A stretch of DNA of 64,000 nt from Acidobacteriota bacterium (GTDB taxonomy: Bacteria > Acidobacteriota > UBA6911 > RPQK01 > CBDAPI01). Made by a program: the position numbers and the translations under genes. Shown one piece after another: positions 8,387 through 18,665 of this stretch. The stretch's first letter is position 1; every line of letters begins with the position of its first letter. Location: positions 65,463 to 129,462 of the forward strand of contig CBDBGQ010000036.1 in assembly GCA_965205345.1 (NCBI GenBank), written 5' to 3'. Under the pieces are notes generated by a model, which searched no databases, had not been told where the DNA came from, and saw only the letters and a list, made by a program, of their open reading frames with translations.

Positions 8387-9492
8387 GAAAGATTGGAGTC
8401 GAGCTCGGGCCCAGAAGCTACAGCATCCTCATCGCCCCCGGGCTGGGCAAGGAGGCGGGTCGGCTGTTCCTGGAGTATTCCATCGCAAAGAGAGTCTTCC
8501 TGGTCTCGAACAAGAAGGTCTTCTCTCTGCATGGGGCTCAGGTTTGCCGGAGCCTCCAGGAAGCTGGGTTCGAGGTCACGGAGATCTTTGTCCCTGATGG
8601 TGAGGCCTACAAGAATCTCCACACAGTAGAGAATATTTATACCTGTCTGGCCGCTCAGCGGGCTGACCGTGAATCCACGATTGTGGCTCTGGGGGGAGGG
8701 GTTACAGGAGACATGAGCGGGTTTGTGGCGGCCACCTTTCTGCGGGGAATCGACTGCGTTCAGATACCCACTACCCTGCTCTCTCAGGTGGACAGCTCAG
8801 TGGGTGGAAAAACGGGAGTTAACCACCAGAAAGGGAAAAACCTGGTGGGGGCGTTCCATCAGCCCCGTCTCGTCCTGATCGACACCGCGACACTCTCTAC
8901 TTTGCCCGAACGCGAGTTTCAGTCTGGGCTTTACGAGATCGTCAAGTACGGCCTCATTTATGACTCCAGCTTCTTTTCTTTCCTTGAATCCAACCTGGAC
9001 AGTTTGCTGGCCAGAGGAGAGGAGACTCTGGAGCAGGTGATCGCCCGCTGTTGTGAGATCAAGGCCGAGGTTACGTCTCAGGATGAAAGGGAGTCGGATC
9101 TGCGTAGAATCCTGAATTTCGGGCACACTTTTGGACATGCTCTCGAAGTCGCCACTTCCTACGTACGGTTGACCCACGGGGAGGCGGTCGCACTCGGGAT
9201 GCTGGCCGCGACTGAGCTTTCGCGCGAGTTGGACCTGCTGGACTCCAGGGCAGCAGACCGAGTTGTCAGAATGATTCGAAGTGTGGGCCCTCTTCCGCCC
9301 ATAGATGATATCGGGTATCCAGAGCTTCTCGAAGCCATGGAACATGACAAGAAGCGCCAGGAGGATGTCGTTCACTTTGTTCTCCTGGAGCGGATCGGCC
9401 ACACCGAGATTCGGGCAAACCTGGAACAGGCACTTCTGGCTCAGGTGTGGAGCAGCGTACAGGCGGCCGAACAATCGCTGTCGCATGGTTGA
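8383..9492 (+). CDS. aroB: 3-dehydroquinate synthase
   Basis: Motifs '[20 protein letters not shown]' and '[11 protein letters not shown]' are present. The start ([10 protein letters not shown]) overlaps the thiG stop as ATGA. The upstream 119 codons of the ORF overlap thiG and are not counted. Confidence 0.85.
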   Translation: MRKIGVELGPRSYSILIAPGLGKEAGRLFLEYSIAKRVFLVSNKKVFSLHGAQVCRSLQEAGFEVTEIFVPDGEAYKNLHTVENIYTCLAAQRADRESTIVALGGGVTGDMSGFVAATFLRGIDCVQIPTTLLSQVDSSVGGKTGVNHQKGKNLVGAFHQPRLVLIDTATLSTLPEREFQSGLYEIVKYGLIYDSSFFSFLESNLDSLLARGEETLEQVIARCCEIKAEVTSQDERESDLRRILNFGHTFGHALEVATSYVRLTHGEAVALGMLAATELSRELDLLDSRAADRVVRMIRSVGPLPPIDDIGYPELLEAMEHDKKRQEDVVHFVLLERIGHTEIRANLEQALLAQVWSSVQAAEQSLSHG

Positions 9493-10192
9493 GAGAGACG
9501 GCCGCAAGATTCGGGGCATGTTCGGCGCCATCGCTCCGACCTACGACTTTCTGAACCATCTCCTCTCTTTCTCGGTAGACCGTTACTGGCGAAGGGTCAC
9601 ACGAAAACAGCTGGAAGCCCGCCTCGGACCTTGCAGTCGAGCACTTGATCTTTGCACTGGAACCGGGGACCTGGCGCTGGAGATGGCGAGAATGGGTCCC
9701 GTGACCGCCTGTGACTTCGCACGCCCGATGCTGGTCAGGGGAATGCGCAAGGTGCAGCGGCGGGCACCTGCGAATCCAATTCGTTTCGTGCAGGGTGATG
9801 CGCTCGAACTTCCGTTTCCCTCCCACACTTTTCAGGTTGCGACCATCGCCTTCGGTCTTCGCAACCTGGAGGATTATGGGAGAGGACTGGGGGAGGTGGC
9901 GCGAGTTCTCCGGGCAGGAGGGTATCTGGCCGTCCTGGAATTCGCGGTGCCCGACTCGAGGATCTTTGCAGCCCTCTACCGGATCTATTTCGAGCGCCTC
10001 CTGCCTGTGGTCGGAGGTCTGATCTCGGGTCAGATCAACTCGTATCGCTACCTCCCTGAGTCGGTCAAGGGTTTTCCCCGGGGTGTCGAACTGGAGAGGC
10101 TCTTTCTGGACGCGGGTTTTTCGACACCGGACTCACTGAAACTATCGGCGGGTATCGCCGAAATCCACATCGCACGAAAGCAGCAGGATTAG
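9485..10192 (+). CDS. ubiE: Ubiquinone/menaquinone biosynthesis C-methyltransferase UbiE/MenG
   Basis: 'MFGAIAPTYDFLNHLLSF' plus SAM motif 'ALDLCTGTGDLA' are present. The start overlaps the aroB stop by 8 nt. Confidence 0.8.
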   Translation: MVERDGRKIRGMFGAIAPTYDFLNHLLSFSVDRYWRRVTRKQLEARLGPCSRALDLCTGTGDLALEMARMGPVTACDFARPMLVRGMRKVQRRAPANPIRFVQGDALELPFPSHTFQVATIAFGLRNLEDYGRGLGEVARVLRAGGYLAVLEFAVPDSRIFAALYRIYFERLLPVVGGLISGQINSYRYLPESVKGFPRGVELERLFLDAGFSTPDSLKLSAGIAEIHIARKQQD

Positions 10193-10444
10193 TAGTTGCG
10201 GATGATTCTCCAGTAAACTGGTGCCCACACGGGCGTTTTCGGGGGCTGGTCCTGGTGAGAGAGCCGGGACTGCGAACATGCGCCTGGGAAGAAGGTGTGC
10301 GACATGAAAACCATCTACTGGATCGATTAAGGAGCCAAGGAAGAAGGCCGCGCACCGCGCCGTCCTTTTGGGGCACAGCTTGGAATCATCCTGTCGCCAG
10401 GCCTGGGGACGAGTGGACGGGGGTGGCCGCTTCGCAGCAGAGCA

Positions 10445-11075
10445 GTGCGTTTTTTTACCGACGATCTGCCTCAACCCGCGCGGAAGTATCTTTCGTCGAT
10501 CACCGTTGTGGGCTTACTCATAGCAGTTTACTCCTACACTCGCGTGATTCTGGAGGCGGATGGACAGTGGCTTTATCTCGCTCTTCTGACCGCGGTGGCC
10601 GCCTTTCTGCCGGTGCGGCTGCGTTTTTCCGGAGATCAGATTCTCTCCGTCAGTTTCACGATCAGCGACGTCTTCATATTCAGCGGGCTCCTTTTTTTCT
10701 CCCCCGAAGTGGCGGTGGCGATCGGAATCATTGATGCGACCCTCGTCAGTTTCCAGTTCCTGCACCGATCACGGATGTATCGATTCCTTTTCAACGTCGC
10801 TCAGGTGTCGATCTCCATTTTCTTTGTCGGAACCCTCTTCTACCTGATCCAGGGGCACTTGCCTCCCCTGACCGGCCAGGACTCGGTGATCCAGACCTTC
10901 CTCAACGTGGGGATCTGCGGCTTTCTCTACGTCGGTCTGAATACTACAGCGGTGGCCACAGCCATGTTTCTGTCCAGCCCCGGGGCGGGCACCGAAGTGT
11001 GGCGTGCCAGCATAGTCCCCTCAGCCTTCTCGACCCTGGCCGGGGCGCTGACCGCCGCCTCGATTTTCTTCGGGT
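10445..11075 (+). CDS. Polytopic membrane sensor domain, 6-7 TM helices; probably the N-terminal part of the downstream histidine kinase, separated from it by a +1 frameshift
   Basis: A run of hydrophobic helices ends about 11070. The out-of-frame continuation is junk, while the +1 frame continues as a TM helix and PAS domain. Confidence 0.5.
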
Positions 11076-13115
11076 GTGACCTTGGAGCAGGAGTTATTGT
11101 TCGGAGTGGCCATTTCCCTCCCACTGATTCTGGTCCTCTACATCTCCTACCGCATGGCCAACGAACGTGTGGAAGGACTGTTGGAATCCCGCAGCTTACT
11201 GCAGGATTCGCTGGATGCCATAGAGTCGTACATTGCGGTGCTGGATGAGTCGGGTGTGATCATCACTGCCAATCAGTCCTGGAAGTCCTTCGGTGTGTCC
11301 GGACACCTTTTTGGTGAAGATTTAGCGGTGGGGATGAACTACCTGGATGAGCTTGACTCAAACCTGTCAAGAAACTCGGACGCCACTACCAGCATCAGCC
11401 AGGGTATCCGCCAGGTTATCGCCTTTGAGAAACCGGAGTTTTCATGCACGTACTCTACTGCGACCACCAGTTCTACCTCCTGGCTGGTGGTACGCGTTAC
11501 CCGCTTCAAGATTCAGGATCCGATTCGGGTTGTGGTCGCGCATGAAGACATCACCGAGCGTCAGCGGGCTGAACAGGGTTTGAGGCTGAGCGAAGAAAGG
11601 TATCGACGCTTCTTCGAAGACGACCTGACGGGTGATTTTACGGCCAAGCTCAACGGTGACATCCTCACTTGTAACACAGCCTTTACGAGGATGTTCGGGT
11701 TCGAGTCTCTTCAGCATGCAGAAAGCTCCAACCTGTTTTCACTGTTTCCGGGCCAACAGCAGACGATTGAATTCCTGGAGCTTCTTCGCTCCCAGAAAAA
11801 GCTCGAATACCATGAGATTGAACTTCGGCGCATCACCGGCGATCCCGTCTACGTCGTAGCCAATGTGACCGGCTCGTTCGACGAGAGAGGGTTCCTTTCG
11901 CGTGTCACAGGATATTTGTTCGACGACACCGCCCGGAAAGCACTGGAAGCCGAACTTCGGCAGGCACAGAAAATGGAGGCCGTCGGCCAGCTTGCGGGAG
12001 GAATTGCCCACGACCTCAACAACATATTGACTGTCATCATGGGCTACGCAGAGTTCCTCAAGGATTCCCTGTGGGAATCATCCGAGGGGCGCGGGGATGC
12101 CCAGGCAATTCTGGACTCGGTCGATCGGGCCCAGAGTCTGACCCACAAGCTCCTGACGTTCAGCCGCCACCAGGTTCTGCAACCTGAGACACTGGATATG
12201 AACAAGGTCGTTCAAGACTTTTCGCAGCTTCTGCGCCGGATCATTCGAGCCAATATCAGAATTGAGACCCAGCTGGATCCCCAAATCAGCCCCGTGCGAA
12301 TGGACCCCGGCCAGATGGACCAGGTGCTCATGAATCTCTCGGTCAATGCGCAGGACGCCATGGCGGAGGGGGGGGCCCTGACGATTCGAACCGCGAAGCG
12401 TTCTGTCGAGGAAGGCCAGGAGGACGTGCCGGCCAACTTGAAAGCCGGCGAATACGTCGTGATCAGTGTGATAGATGAGGGGGAAGGGATCCCTGACAAG
12501 GTTCGGGAGCGAGTCTTTGAACCCTTCTTTACGACCAAATCCACCGGTCAGGGAACGGGTCTGGGTCTTTCCATCGTCTACGGGATCATTACCCAGGGTG
12601 GTGGCCAGATTCACATCCGTAAGGGTGAGGAAAAAGGAACCGTTTTTGAAATCTGGTTGCCAGCCGGTCAACCCGTCCAGGTGCCGCTCCCTGCCCCGCC
12701 GGAGGAGACCTCTCTCGCCCGCAAGGATGGAGACGAAACCATCCTTCTGGTTGAGGACGAGGACCGGATTCGCGAACTGATCAGCGAAATCCTGAGGCGC
12801 AAGGGATACACCGTCTTCGAAGCTGCCGACGGAGAAAAAGCGCTTCCCCTGGCGAAGAGACTCGGGGCCTTCGATCTGCTGATCACCGACCTCATCATGC
12901 CGGTCATGGGTGGCTGGGAACTGGCTCGAGAACTCAGAAAGACGAGAGAAGGGGAGGACCTCCGTGTTCTTTACATCTCCGGCTACCCGGACACGATCAA
13001 CCCGGAACTCCTGAAAGGGGGTTCCGCGGGTGTGTCTTTCCTGGCAAAACCGTTCACCCCCGGTGCACTATTGCAAAAAGTGCGAGAGATTCTCAGCCCG
13101 AGCCGAGATGCTTGA
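11076..13115 (+). CDS. Hybrid sensor histidine kinase/response regulator (TM helix, two PAS domains, HisKA, HATPase_c, REC)
   Basis: H-box 'GGIAHDLNNIL', N/G boxes 'NLSVNAQDAM...GTGLGLSIV', and a receiver domain 'ILLVEDED...DLLITDLIMP' are present. Confidence 0.85.
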   Translation: MTLEQELLFGVAISLPLILVLYISYRMANERVEGLLESRSLLQDSLDAIESYIAVLDESGVIITANQSWKSFGVSGHLFGEDLAVGMNYLDELDSNLSRNSDATTSISQGIRQVIAFEKPEFSCTYSTATTSSTSWLVVRVTRFKIQDPIRVVVAHEDITERQRAEQGLRLSEERYRRFFEDDLTGDFTAKLNGDILTCNTAFTRMFGFESLQHAESSNLFSLFPGQQQTIEFLELLRSQKKLEYHEIELRRITGDPVYVVANVTGSFDERGFLSRVTGYLFDDTARKALEAELRQAQKMEAVGQLAGGIAHDLNNILTVIMGYAEFLKDSLWESSEGRGDAQAILDSVDRAQSLTHKLLTFSRHQVLQPETLDMNKVVQDFSQLLRRIIRANIRIETQLDPQISPVRMDPGQMDQVLMNLSVNAQDAMAEGGALTIRTAKRSVEEGQEDVPANLKAGEYVVISVIDEGEGIPDKVRERVFEPFFTTKSTGQGTGLGLSIVYGIITQGGGQIHIRKGEEKGTVFEIWLPAGQPVQVPLPAPPEETSLARKDGDETILLVEDEDRIRELISEILRRKGYTVFEAADGEKALPLAKRLGAFDLLITDLIMPVMGGWELARELRKTREGEDLRVLYISGYPDTINPELLKGGSAGVSFLAKPFTPGALLQKVREILSPSRDA

Positions 13116-13908
13116 CAACCAGAGGATCGCCGTTGTCCTCCCAGCCTACAACGCCGAGTCGACTCTTGAAAAAACCTACCGCGAGATCCCCAGAAAGGTG
13201 GTTGATGAAGTGGTCCTGGTCGATGACGGAAGCTCGGATGCAACGGCTCGAATCTCGAAAGACCTCGGAATCAAGACCATCTGCCACGGTCACAATCTTG
13301 GTTACGGTGCCAACCAGAAAACCTGCTACTGTCACGCCCTCTCTCTCTCGGCCGATATCTTTGTCATGCTCCACCCGGACTACCAGTACTCGCCCCGGCT
13401 GATTCCTGCGATGGCCGCCATGATTGTCAGCGGGGAGTTCGATGTCGTCCTGGGCTCCAGGATCCTGGGCGGCACCGCCCTGAAGGGAGGAATGCCGGTT
13501 CACAAGTACTGTGCCAATCGATTCCTGACCTGGTTCGAGAACCTGTTCACGGGCGCCAAACTCTCCGAATATCACACCGGCTTCCGCGCGTTCTCTCGGA
13601 GGGTTCTGGAGGTGCTTCCGCTGGGAAGTAACTCGAATGATTTTGTTTTCGACAATCAGATTCTGGTCCAGGCTCTGCACTTCGGATTTCGAGTGGGTGA
13701 AATCAGTTGTCCGACCCGATACAATGCAGACGCCTCGACCATCAACTTCGGGAGATCGATTGTGTACGGGCTTGGAGTGATGGGGTGCAGTCTCCAGTAC
13801 CGGATCCAGCGTACCGGGCTGTGGTCCTTTCCCGTTTTCGACCCGGCAGGCAAACTGGAACCTCGGATCAATGACGCTTCAGAGAGCGGTGAAAGTCACC
13901 ACGAATAG
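13108..13908 (+). CDS. Family-2 glycosyltransferase (DPM1-like)
   Basis: 'IAVVLPAYNAESTL...VVLVDDGSSD' GT-A fold motifs are present. The start overlaps the kinase stop by 8 nt. Confidence 0.75.
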   Translation: MLDNQRIAVVLPAYNAESTLEKTYREIPRKVVDEVVLVDDGSSDATARISKDLGIKTICHGHNLGYGANQKTCYCHALSLSADIFVMLHPDYQYSPRLIPAMAAMIVSGEFDVVLGSRILGGTALKGGMPVHKYCANRFLTWFENLFTGAKLSEYHTGFRAFSRRVLEVLPLGSNSNDFVFDNQILVQALHFGFRVGEISCPTRYNADASTINFGRSIVYGLGVMGCSLQYRIQRTGLWSFPVFDPAGKLEPRINDASESGESHHE

Positions 13909-14989
13909 GAGGAGCGCCGGTTTTCGGATCGTTCTAACCATTGTTCTCCTGCCCTTTTTTCTCTTTCCTGCAGAACTGCTGGTCAAATACATAAGGACGC
14001 CGGGACCAGCCCGGCAGGACACGATTCCGAGCAGTTACATGCCCACCAGACTTCGGCCCAACTTCAGGGGCCCGATTGGGGACATGCAGGAAGTGATCAC
14101 CAATCGCTACGGCTTTCGGGGAGAGCCCGATTTCCCCCGGCGCAGACCTGACGATGAGTACCGGATTCTGGCCCTGGGTGACTCCATTGGCTTTGGCTTT
14201 GGCGTGCAACCGGGAGAGACCTATTCCCGACAGGCGGAAGCGCTCCTGACGGGCGGACCCGGGCGGATTCGAATCATCAATGCAGCGGGACAGGGCTACA
14301 GTCCCTCGACGTATCTTGCCTACCTGCAGGCGGAAGGGTTCGACCTTGAACCCAACCTGATACTGGTTCAGGTGGAGCCTTCCAACGACGTTACTGATGA
14401 AGCCCTGCTGCGAGTTGTGGATGGAGGAGGCCAGGATGTGGAAGTGCGGGGCGGGAGGTATTGTGTGACCTGGGACGGCAACCTGCTGGGATCTTTCACG
14501 CTGGGCCCCTATTTCTACGAACGGACGTATCTCTACACCATGCTCACACGCCGTCTCCTGGAGACGCTGGGGCGGCTCTTTCCCGGGCACTCGGCACTCT
14601 CGACTCCGGGAAGCCTCTACTATCACATGGGTTTTGATCGCTTTCTTTTCACTTCGGCGAGGCTCGAATCCGGCTGGACTCAGTCTCAGGCAGCTCTCTC
14701 GCAGATCAGAGAAGTCGCCAGCCGGCACGGATCCCGGTTCGTCCTGCTACTAACTCCCACCCTCTATGCTTTCCACGAGAACAGGACACTGAACGGTTCT
14801 GGAAATCTGCTGATCGACCGGATGACTAACTGGGCCCGGCAGCAGTCAATCGATACCATCGACCCCCGGGCTGCGCTTGCCGGAAACGGGGGTACAGCCC
14901 TTTTCACGGACTTCGCCCACTACACGCCAGAAGGGCACAGGGTTCTGGGGCGGGAGATCGCACGGTATCTTCAGGATCAGCTGCGCTGA
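13871..14989 (+). CDS. SGNH/GDSL-family hydrolase, membrane-anchored
   Basis: N-terminal TM helix, 'ILALGDSIGFGFG' (GDS block I) and 'DFAHYTPEGH' (DxxH block V) are present. Confidence 0.65.
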   Translation: MTLQRAVKVTTNRRSAGFRIVLTIVLLPFFLFPAELLVKYIRTPGPARQDTIPSSYMPTRLRPNFRGPIGDMQEVITNRYGFRGEPDFPRRRPDDEYRILALGDSIGFGFGVQPGETYSRQAEALLTGGPGRIRIINAAGQGYSPSTYLAYLQAEGFDLEPNLILVQVEPSNDVTDEALLRVVDGGGQDVEVRGGRYCVTWDGNLLGSFTLGPYFYERTYLYTMLTRRLLETLGRLFPGHSALSTPGSLYYHMGFDRFLFTSARLESGWTQSQAALSQIREVASRHGSRFVLLLTPTLYAFHENRTLNGSGNLLIDRMTNWARQQSIDTIDPRAALAGNGGTALFTDFAHYTPEGHRVLGREIARYLQDQLR

Positions 14990-14992
14990 TCC

Positions 14993-15027
14993 CGGGTTCC
15001 AGGTTCCAGGTTCCACGTTCCACGCTC
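14993..15027. repeat. (GGTTCCA)/(ACGTTCC)-type heptamer array
   Basis: gggttccaggttccaggttccacgttccacg lies between convergent genes. Confidence 0.75.
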
Positions 15028-15075
15028 CGGAGGAAGGGATTCGTAGGGGCCGTAAAGCCACCAGCGCCATCGAAT

Positions 15076-17574
15076 CTACCCCTGCAGTGCCGTCTCACCC
15101 AGGACTCCAGCCAGCATTTCAACAAGGCGATCGGCGTCCCTCTGGTCAAAGACGAGCGGGGGCTTGATCTTGATGACATTGTGCCAGGGACCATCGCTGC
15201 TCAGGAGGATTCCGTATTCTTTCATTCGCTCAACAACGTAGCTCGTCTGCAGTGGGGCCGGCTCCAGCGTACTCCGATCCAGAATCAGCTCGATACCCAG
15301 GAAGAGTCCCTCGCCCCGCACGTCTCCGATGAGAGAAAACTGGTCCAGCAACTGGGCGAGTCGCGATTTGAGATGCTGCCCGACCTGCAGAGATTGTTCC
15401 TGCAGCCCTTCCCTGGAAATGACGTCCAATACTGCCAGGCCAACGGCGCAGGACACAGGGTTCCCCCCGAAAGTGTTGAAGTACTCCATGCCGTTGGCGA
15501 AAGAGGCCGCGATTTGAGGCGTCGTGACCACAGCTGCCAGGGGATATCCGTTTCCGATCGGCTTTCCCATGGTCACAATGTCGGGGACGACATCCTGCAG
15601 CTCGAACGCCCAGAATTCCGACCCGACCCGGCCAAAGCCGGTTTGAGCCTCGTCGACAATGCACACCCCACCACCGCTTCTCACTCTTTGAAAGGCCTCC
15701 CGAAGGTAGCCTGGGGGAGGCACGATCTGTCCCCCGCACCCGAGGATGGATTCACAAATGAACGCCGCCACACCCTCCCCCTGGTTTCGGGCCTGTTCGA
15801 TGGGGCCGGAGAGAAGGCGTGCATATTCGAGCCCGGCCCGGGGTTGGTGCCGCTTGAACGGTCCACGGTAGTCGTCAGGGGTAGGGGCGACATGGACATG
15901 CTTCGGGCAGCCCGAGCCTCCAGGGCCCTCGAACTTGTAAGGACTGATGTCGATGAGCCCCGAGGTGTTTCCGTGGTAGGCACCCTCAAGCACTAGAAAG
16001 TCCTGATGTTCCGTATGAGCACGGGCCAGACGCAGAGCCAGTTCATTGGCCTCGCTCCCGCTGCACACAAAGAAGCAGACCCGAAGCGGTTCGGGAAGAG
16101 TCGAGGTCAGCCGCTCGGCGTATTCGAGTATGGTGTCGTGCAGGTATCTTGTGTTCGTGTTCAGCAACATGTTCTGGTGGTGAGCGGCCTTGACGACTGC
16201 CGGATGACAGTGGCCCACATGGGCCACGTTGTTTACGCAATCGAGGTAGGACCGCCCCTGATGGTCATACAGGAACTGCCCTATACCACGAGTGATCTTC
16301 AGGGGTTTGCTGTAGGCAAGGCTGAGTGAGGGGCCAAGCAGCTCTTTCCGCCTGCGCAGGCTCTCTATCGCTTCCTGATCACCTCCGTGGGCGGTCGCTT
16401 CGGGGACCCCGGAGCTGCCAACGCTGAGGTCCAGTTCGGCAAAGGGCACTCCAGGCAAGTCTTGTTCCGTCCCCGAGGCGACTGACCCGGAGTGCTCCTG
16501 GATCCAACTACTGACTGCCAATTGTTCAGGATGGGGTTCGAGTCCGCAACTGGCCCGCACCGAGTGATGAAAAAGACTCACCTCCGTCTCCCCCAGCTTC
16601 GCCAGCAGCGCCCAGGCGGACCTCTGGCTGATCTGAAGATACTCGTCTTCGGGATGGAGGCGCGCGTTCCTCGATCCAATACCCACGCTGACCAGCAGCC
16701 TCAGCATGATCAGATCATGGAGAAGGCTCATCTCCAGTTCTGAAAGGGGCAGCTCCCGGTGATAGCCACGGACAGCCGCTCTCAGTGCAGCCAGCAGGTC
16801 GGCCTTGTTCATCAGCAGATAGGCGCAGGCAATCGCCAGTTCGGCGATCGTCCAGGAGTAGATCAGGTCTCCGAAGTCGACCAGCCCGAGCAGTTCAGCC
16901 TGGCCCGGAGGGGAGTCGACGCCGGCATTTCGGACCAGAAAGTTGTAGTCATTGGCATCCCCGTGGATCACACTTCTACGCAGATCGTCGGTCTTCGGGC
17001 TCACCCGGCCCCAGCTCTTCTCAAAGAGTAACTCGGCGAGGCGGCGTCTGCCCTTCTCCGTCATGTCGGCAAGACAATCCTGAAACGTCCTTTCCGCGGC
17101 TCTCAGGTCCCACACGAACGTCCGGTGAACGGCCGGATGGTCAAAGTCGAGGAGAGCCCGGTCGATGCTCCCCAGCAACCCGCCGATCGCCTCCAGAAGA
17201 GAGTTCGAGTGAGGGCGACAATCCGCCACAGGAATCCCCTCCACATAGGAAAGGAGCCTCAGCCCGTAAGTAGACGCGGCTCGAGAGATGGGAACGCATT
17301 TCCGCCCTGCTGAGTCGGGGATTACGCGAGGAATACCCAGATGGGGGAGTTCCCGATTCAGATGGTCGAGAGCCTGGTTCTGGGCTTCAATCAGTTCGGT
17401 CCCCGAGGCAGCGTCGCTGATCTTGAGAACGAAGAACCGGCCATCATCCGCGTGCAGCTTGAAGTTGCGATCGGTCTCCGACGGAAGCAGGATGGCTGAG
17501 GCTCTCAGACCATAAAACTCACGAGCGTAACCAACCGCGTCGTCACATGAGATTGGCGGGCGGCTGAAGTTCAT
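15076..17574 (-). CDS. Two-domain fusion: N-terminal aminoglycoside-phosphotransferase-fold kinase plus C-terminal class-III (PLP) aminotransferase/phospho-lyase domain, 832 aa
   Basis: The N-terminal half carries the APH catalytic loop 'VIHGDANDYNFLV' and 'DFGD'. The C-terminal half has the class-III aminotransferase signature 'DEAQTGFGRVG' and the PLP-Lys region 'TMGKPIGNGYPL'. Confidence 0.75.
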   Translation of the reverse strand: MNFSRPPISCDDAVGYAREFYGLRASAILLPSETDRNFKLHADDGRFFVLKISDAASGTELIEAQNQALDHLNRELPHLGIPRVIPDSAGRKCVPISRAASTYGLRLLSYVEGIPVADCRPHSNSLLEAIGGLLGSIDRALLDFDHPAVHRTFVWDLRAAERTFQDCLADMTEKGRRRLAELLFEKSWGRVSPKTDDLRRSVIHGDANDYNFLVRNAGVDSPPGQAELLGLVDFGDLIYSWTIAELAIACAYLLMNKADLLAALRAAVRGYHRELPLSELEMSLLHDLIMLRLLVSVGIGSRNARLHPEDEYLQISQRSAWALLAKLGETEVSLFHHSVRASCGLEPHPEQLAVSSWIQEHSGSVASGTEQDLPGVPFAELDLSVGSSGVPEATAHGGDQEAIESLRRRKELLGPSLSLAYSKPLKITRGIGQFLYDHQGRSYLDCVNNVAHVGHCHPAVVKAAHHQNMLLNTNTRYLHDTILEYAERLTSTLPEPLRVCFFVCSGSEANELALRLARAHTEHQDFLVLEGAYHGNTSGLIDISPYKFEGPGGSGCPKHVHVAPTPDDYRGPFKRHQPRAGLEYARLLSGPIEQARNQGEGVAAFICESILGCGGQIVPPPGYLREAFQRVRSGGGVCIVDEAQTGFGRVGSEFWAFELQDVVPDIVTMGKPIGNGYPLAAVVTTPQIAASFANGMEYFNTFGGNPVSCAVGLAVLDVISREGLQEQSLQVGQHLKSRLAQLLDQFSLIGDVRGEGLFLGIELILDRSTLEPAPLQTSYVVERMKEYGILLSSDGPWHNVIKIKPPLVFDQRDADRLVEMLAGVLGETALQG

Positions 17575-17579
17575 TGGCT

Positions 17580-17608
17580 CGTGGAACGTGGAACGTGAAA
17601 CGTGGAAC
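17580..17608. repeat. (GGAACGT)n heptamer array, about 4 units, abutting the fabH stop
   Basis: gtggaacgtggaacgtgaaacgtggaac read directly. Confidence 0.8.
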
Positions 17609-18600
17609 TAACCAGCCCAGCGCAGGAGCAGACTTCCCCAGGTGAAACCAGCCCCGAATGAGGCCAGAAGTACCAGATCTCCATCCTGAACGCGACCTTC
17701 TCGCTGTGCCTCGGCCAGGCCCACTGGAATGGTGGCCGCGGTCGTGTTGGCGTAGCGGTCAATGTTGACCAGGACCTGTTCCTTGCGCAGACCCAGGCGA
17801 TCGACCGACGCGTTGATAATTCGCAGGTTGGCCTGGTGAGGAACGAACAATTGGATGTCTTCCGGCCCAAGCCCGTTTCTCTTTAACAGGTTCTGACAGA
17901 CTTCAGTCATCAGTTTGACGGCGAACTTGAATACCATTCGACCATCCTGGTGTACCGAATGCATCTTCTTTTCCAGAGTCTCCTGGCTGGCTGGATGCAG
18001 ACTTCCTCCGGCCGGCATGCACAAGAATTTTCCACCGGATCCGTCACTGTGGAGAAGAAAGTCGAGGATTCCCCGGTCATTATCACTGGGCTCCAACAGC
18101 ACTGCTCCGGATCCGTCACCAAAGAGGACACAGGTCGACCGGTCCTCGAAGTTGACGATGCTGCTCATCACATCGGTACCCACCACGAGCACCCTCTTGT
18201 GGACTCCGGTCTGGATGTACTGGGCGCCGGTGGCAAGGGCATAAACGAATCCCGAGCAGGCACCTGACAGGTCAAATCCCCAGGCATTGGTAGCCCCGAT
18301 TTTATCCTGAAGGACACAGGCGGTCGAAGGAAACATCATGTCGGGAGTGACGGTGGCAACGATGATCAGATCGAGATCTTGTGGTCCGTAAGGGGTTTGC
18401 TCGAGTGCGTCCAGGACGGCCTTCACCGAAAGATCGCTATTCACCTGCCCGTTGGAGACGATTCTCCTTGCGAGTATGCCTGTTCTGTCGCGAATCCACT
18501 GATCAGACGTGTCGAGGAATTCAGACAGCTCCTGGTTGCCGACCACTCTCTCCGGGAAGAACATGCCCGTTGCCGTGATCTTGGCCCTGACGTTACTCAA
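17608..18600 (-). CDS. fabH: 3-oxoacyl-ACP synthase III
   Basis: Active-site Cys context 'LSGACSGFVYAL', His 'VPHQANLRI' and Asn 'GNTTAATIP' are present; 330 aa. Confidence 0.9.
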   Translation of the reverse strand: MSNVRAKITATGMFFPERVVGNQELSEFLDTSDQWIRDRTGILARRIVSNGQVNSDLSVKAVLDALEQTPYGPQDLDLIIVATVTPDMMFPSTACVLQDKIGATNAWGFDLSGACSGFVYALATGAQYIQTGVHKRVLVVGTDVMSSIVNFEDRSTCVLFGDGSGAVLLEPSDNDRGILDFLLHSDGSGGKFLCMPAGGSLHPASQETLEKKMHSVHQDGRMVFKFAVKLMTEVCQNLLKRNGLGPEDIQLFVPHQANLRIINASVDRLGLRKEQVLVNIDRYANTTAATIPVGLAEAQREGRVQDGDLVLLASFGAGFTWGSLLLRWAG

Positions 18601-18665
18601 CCGCTCCGCCTTCCTTCGATTGCCATGGTCAACAGCTCACTCCTTCCCAAGTCTCTGCAGAAGTA

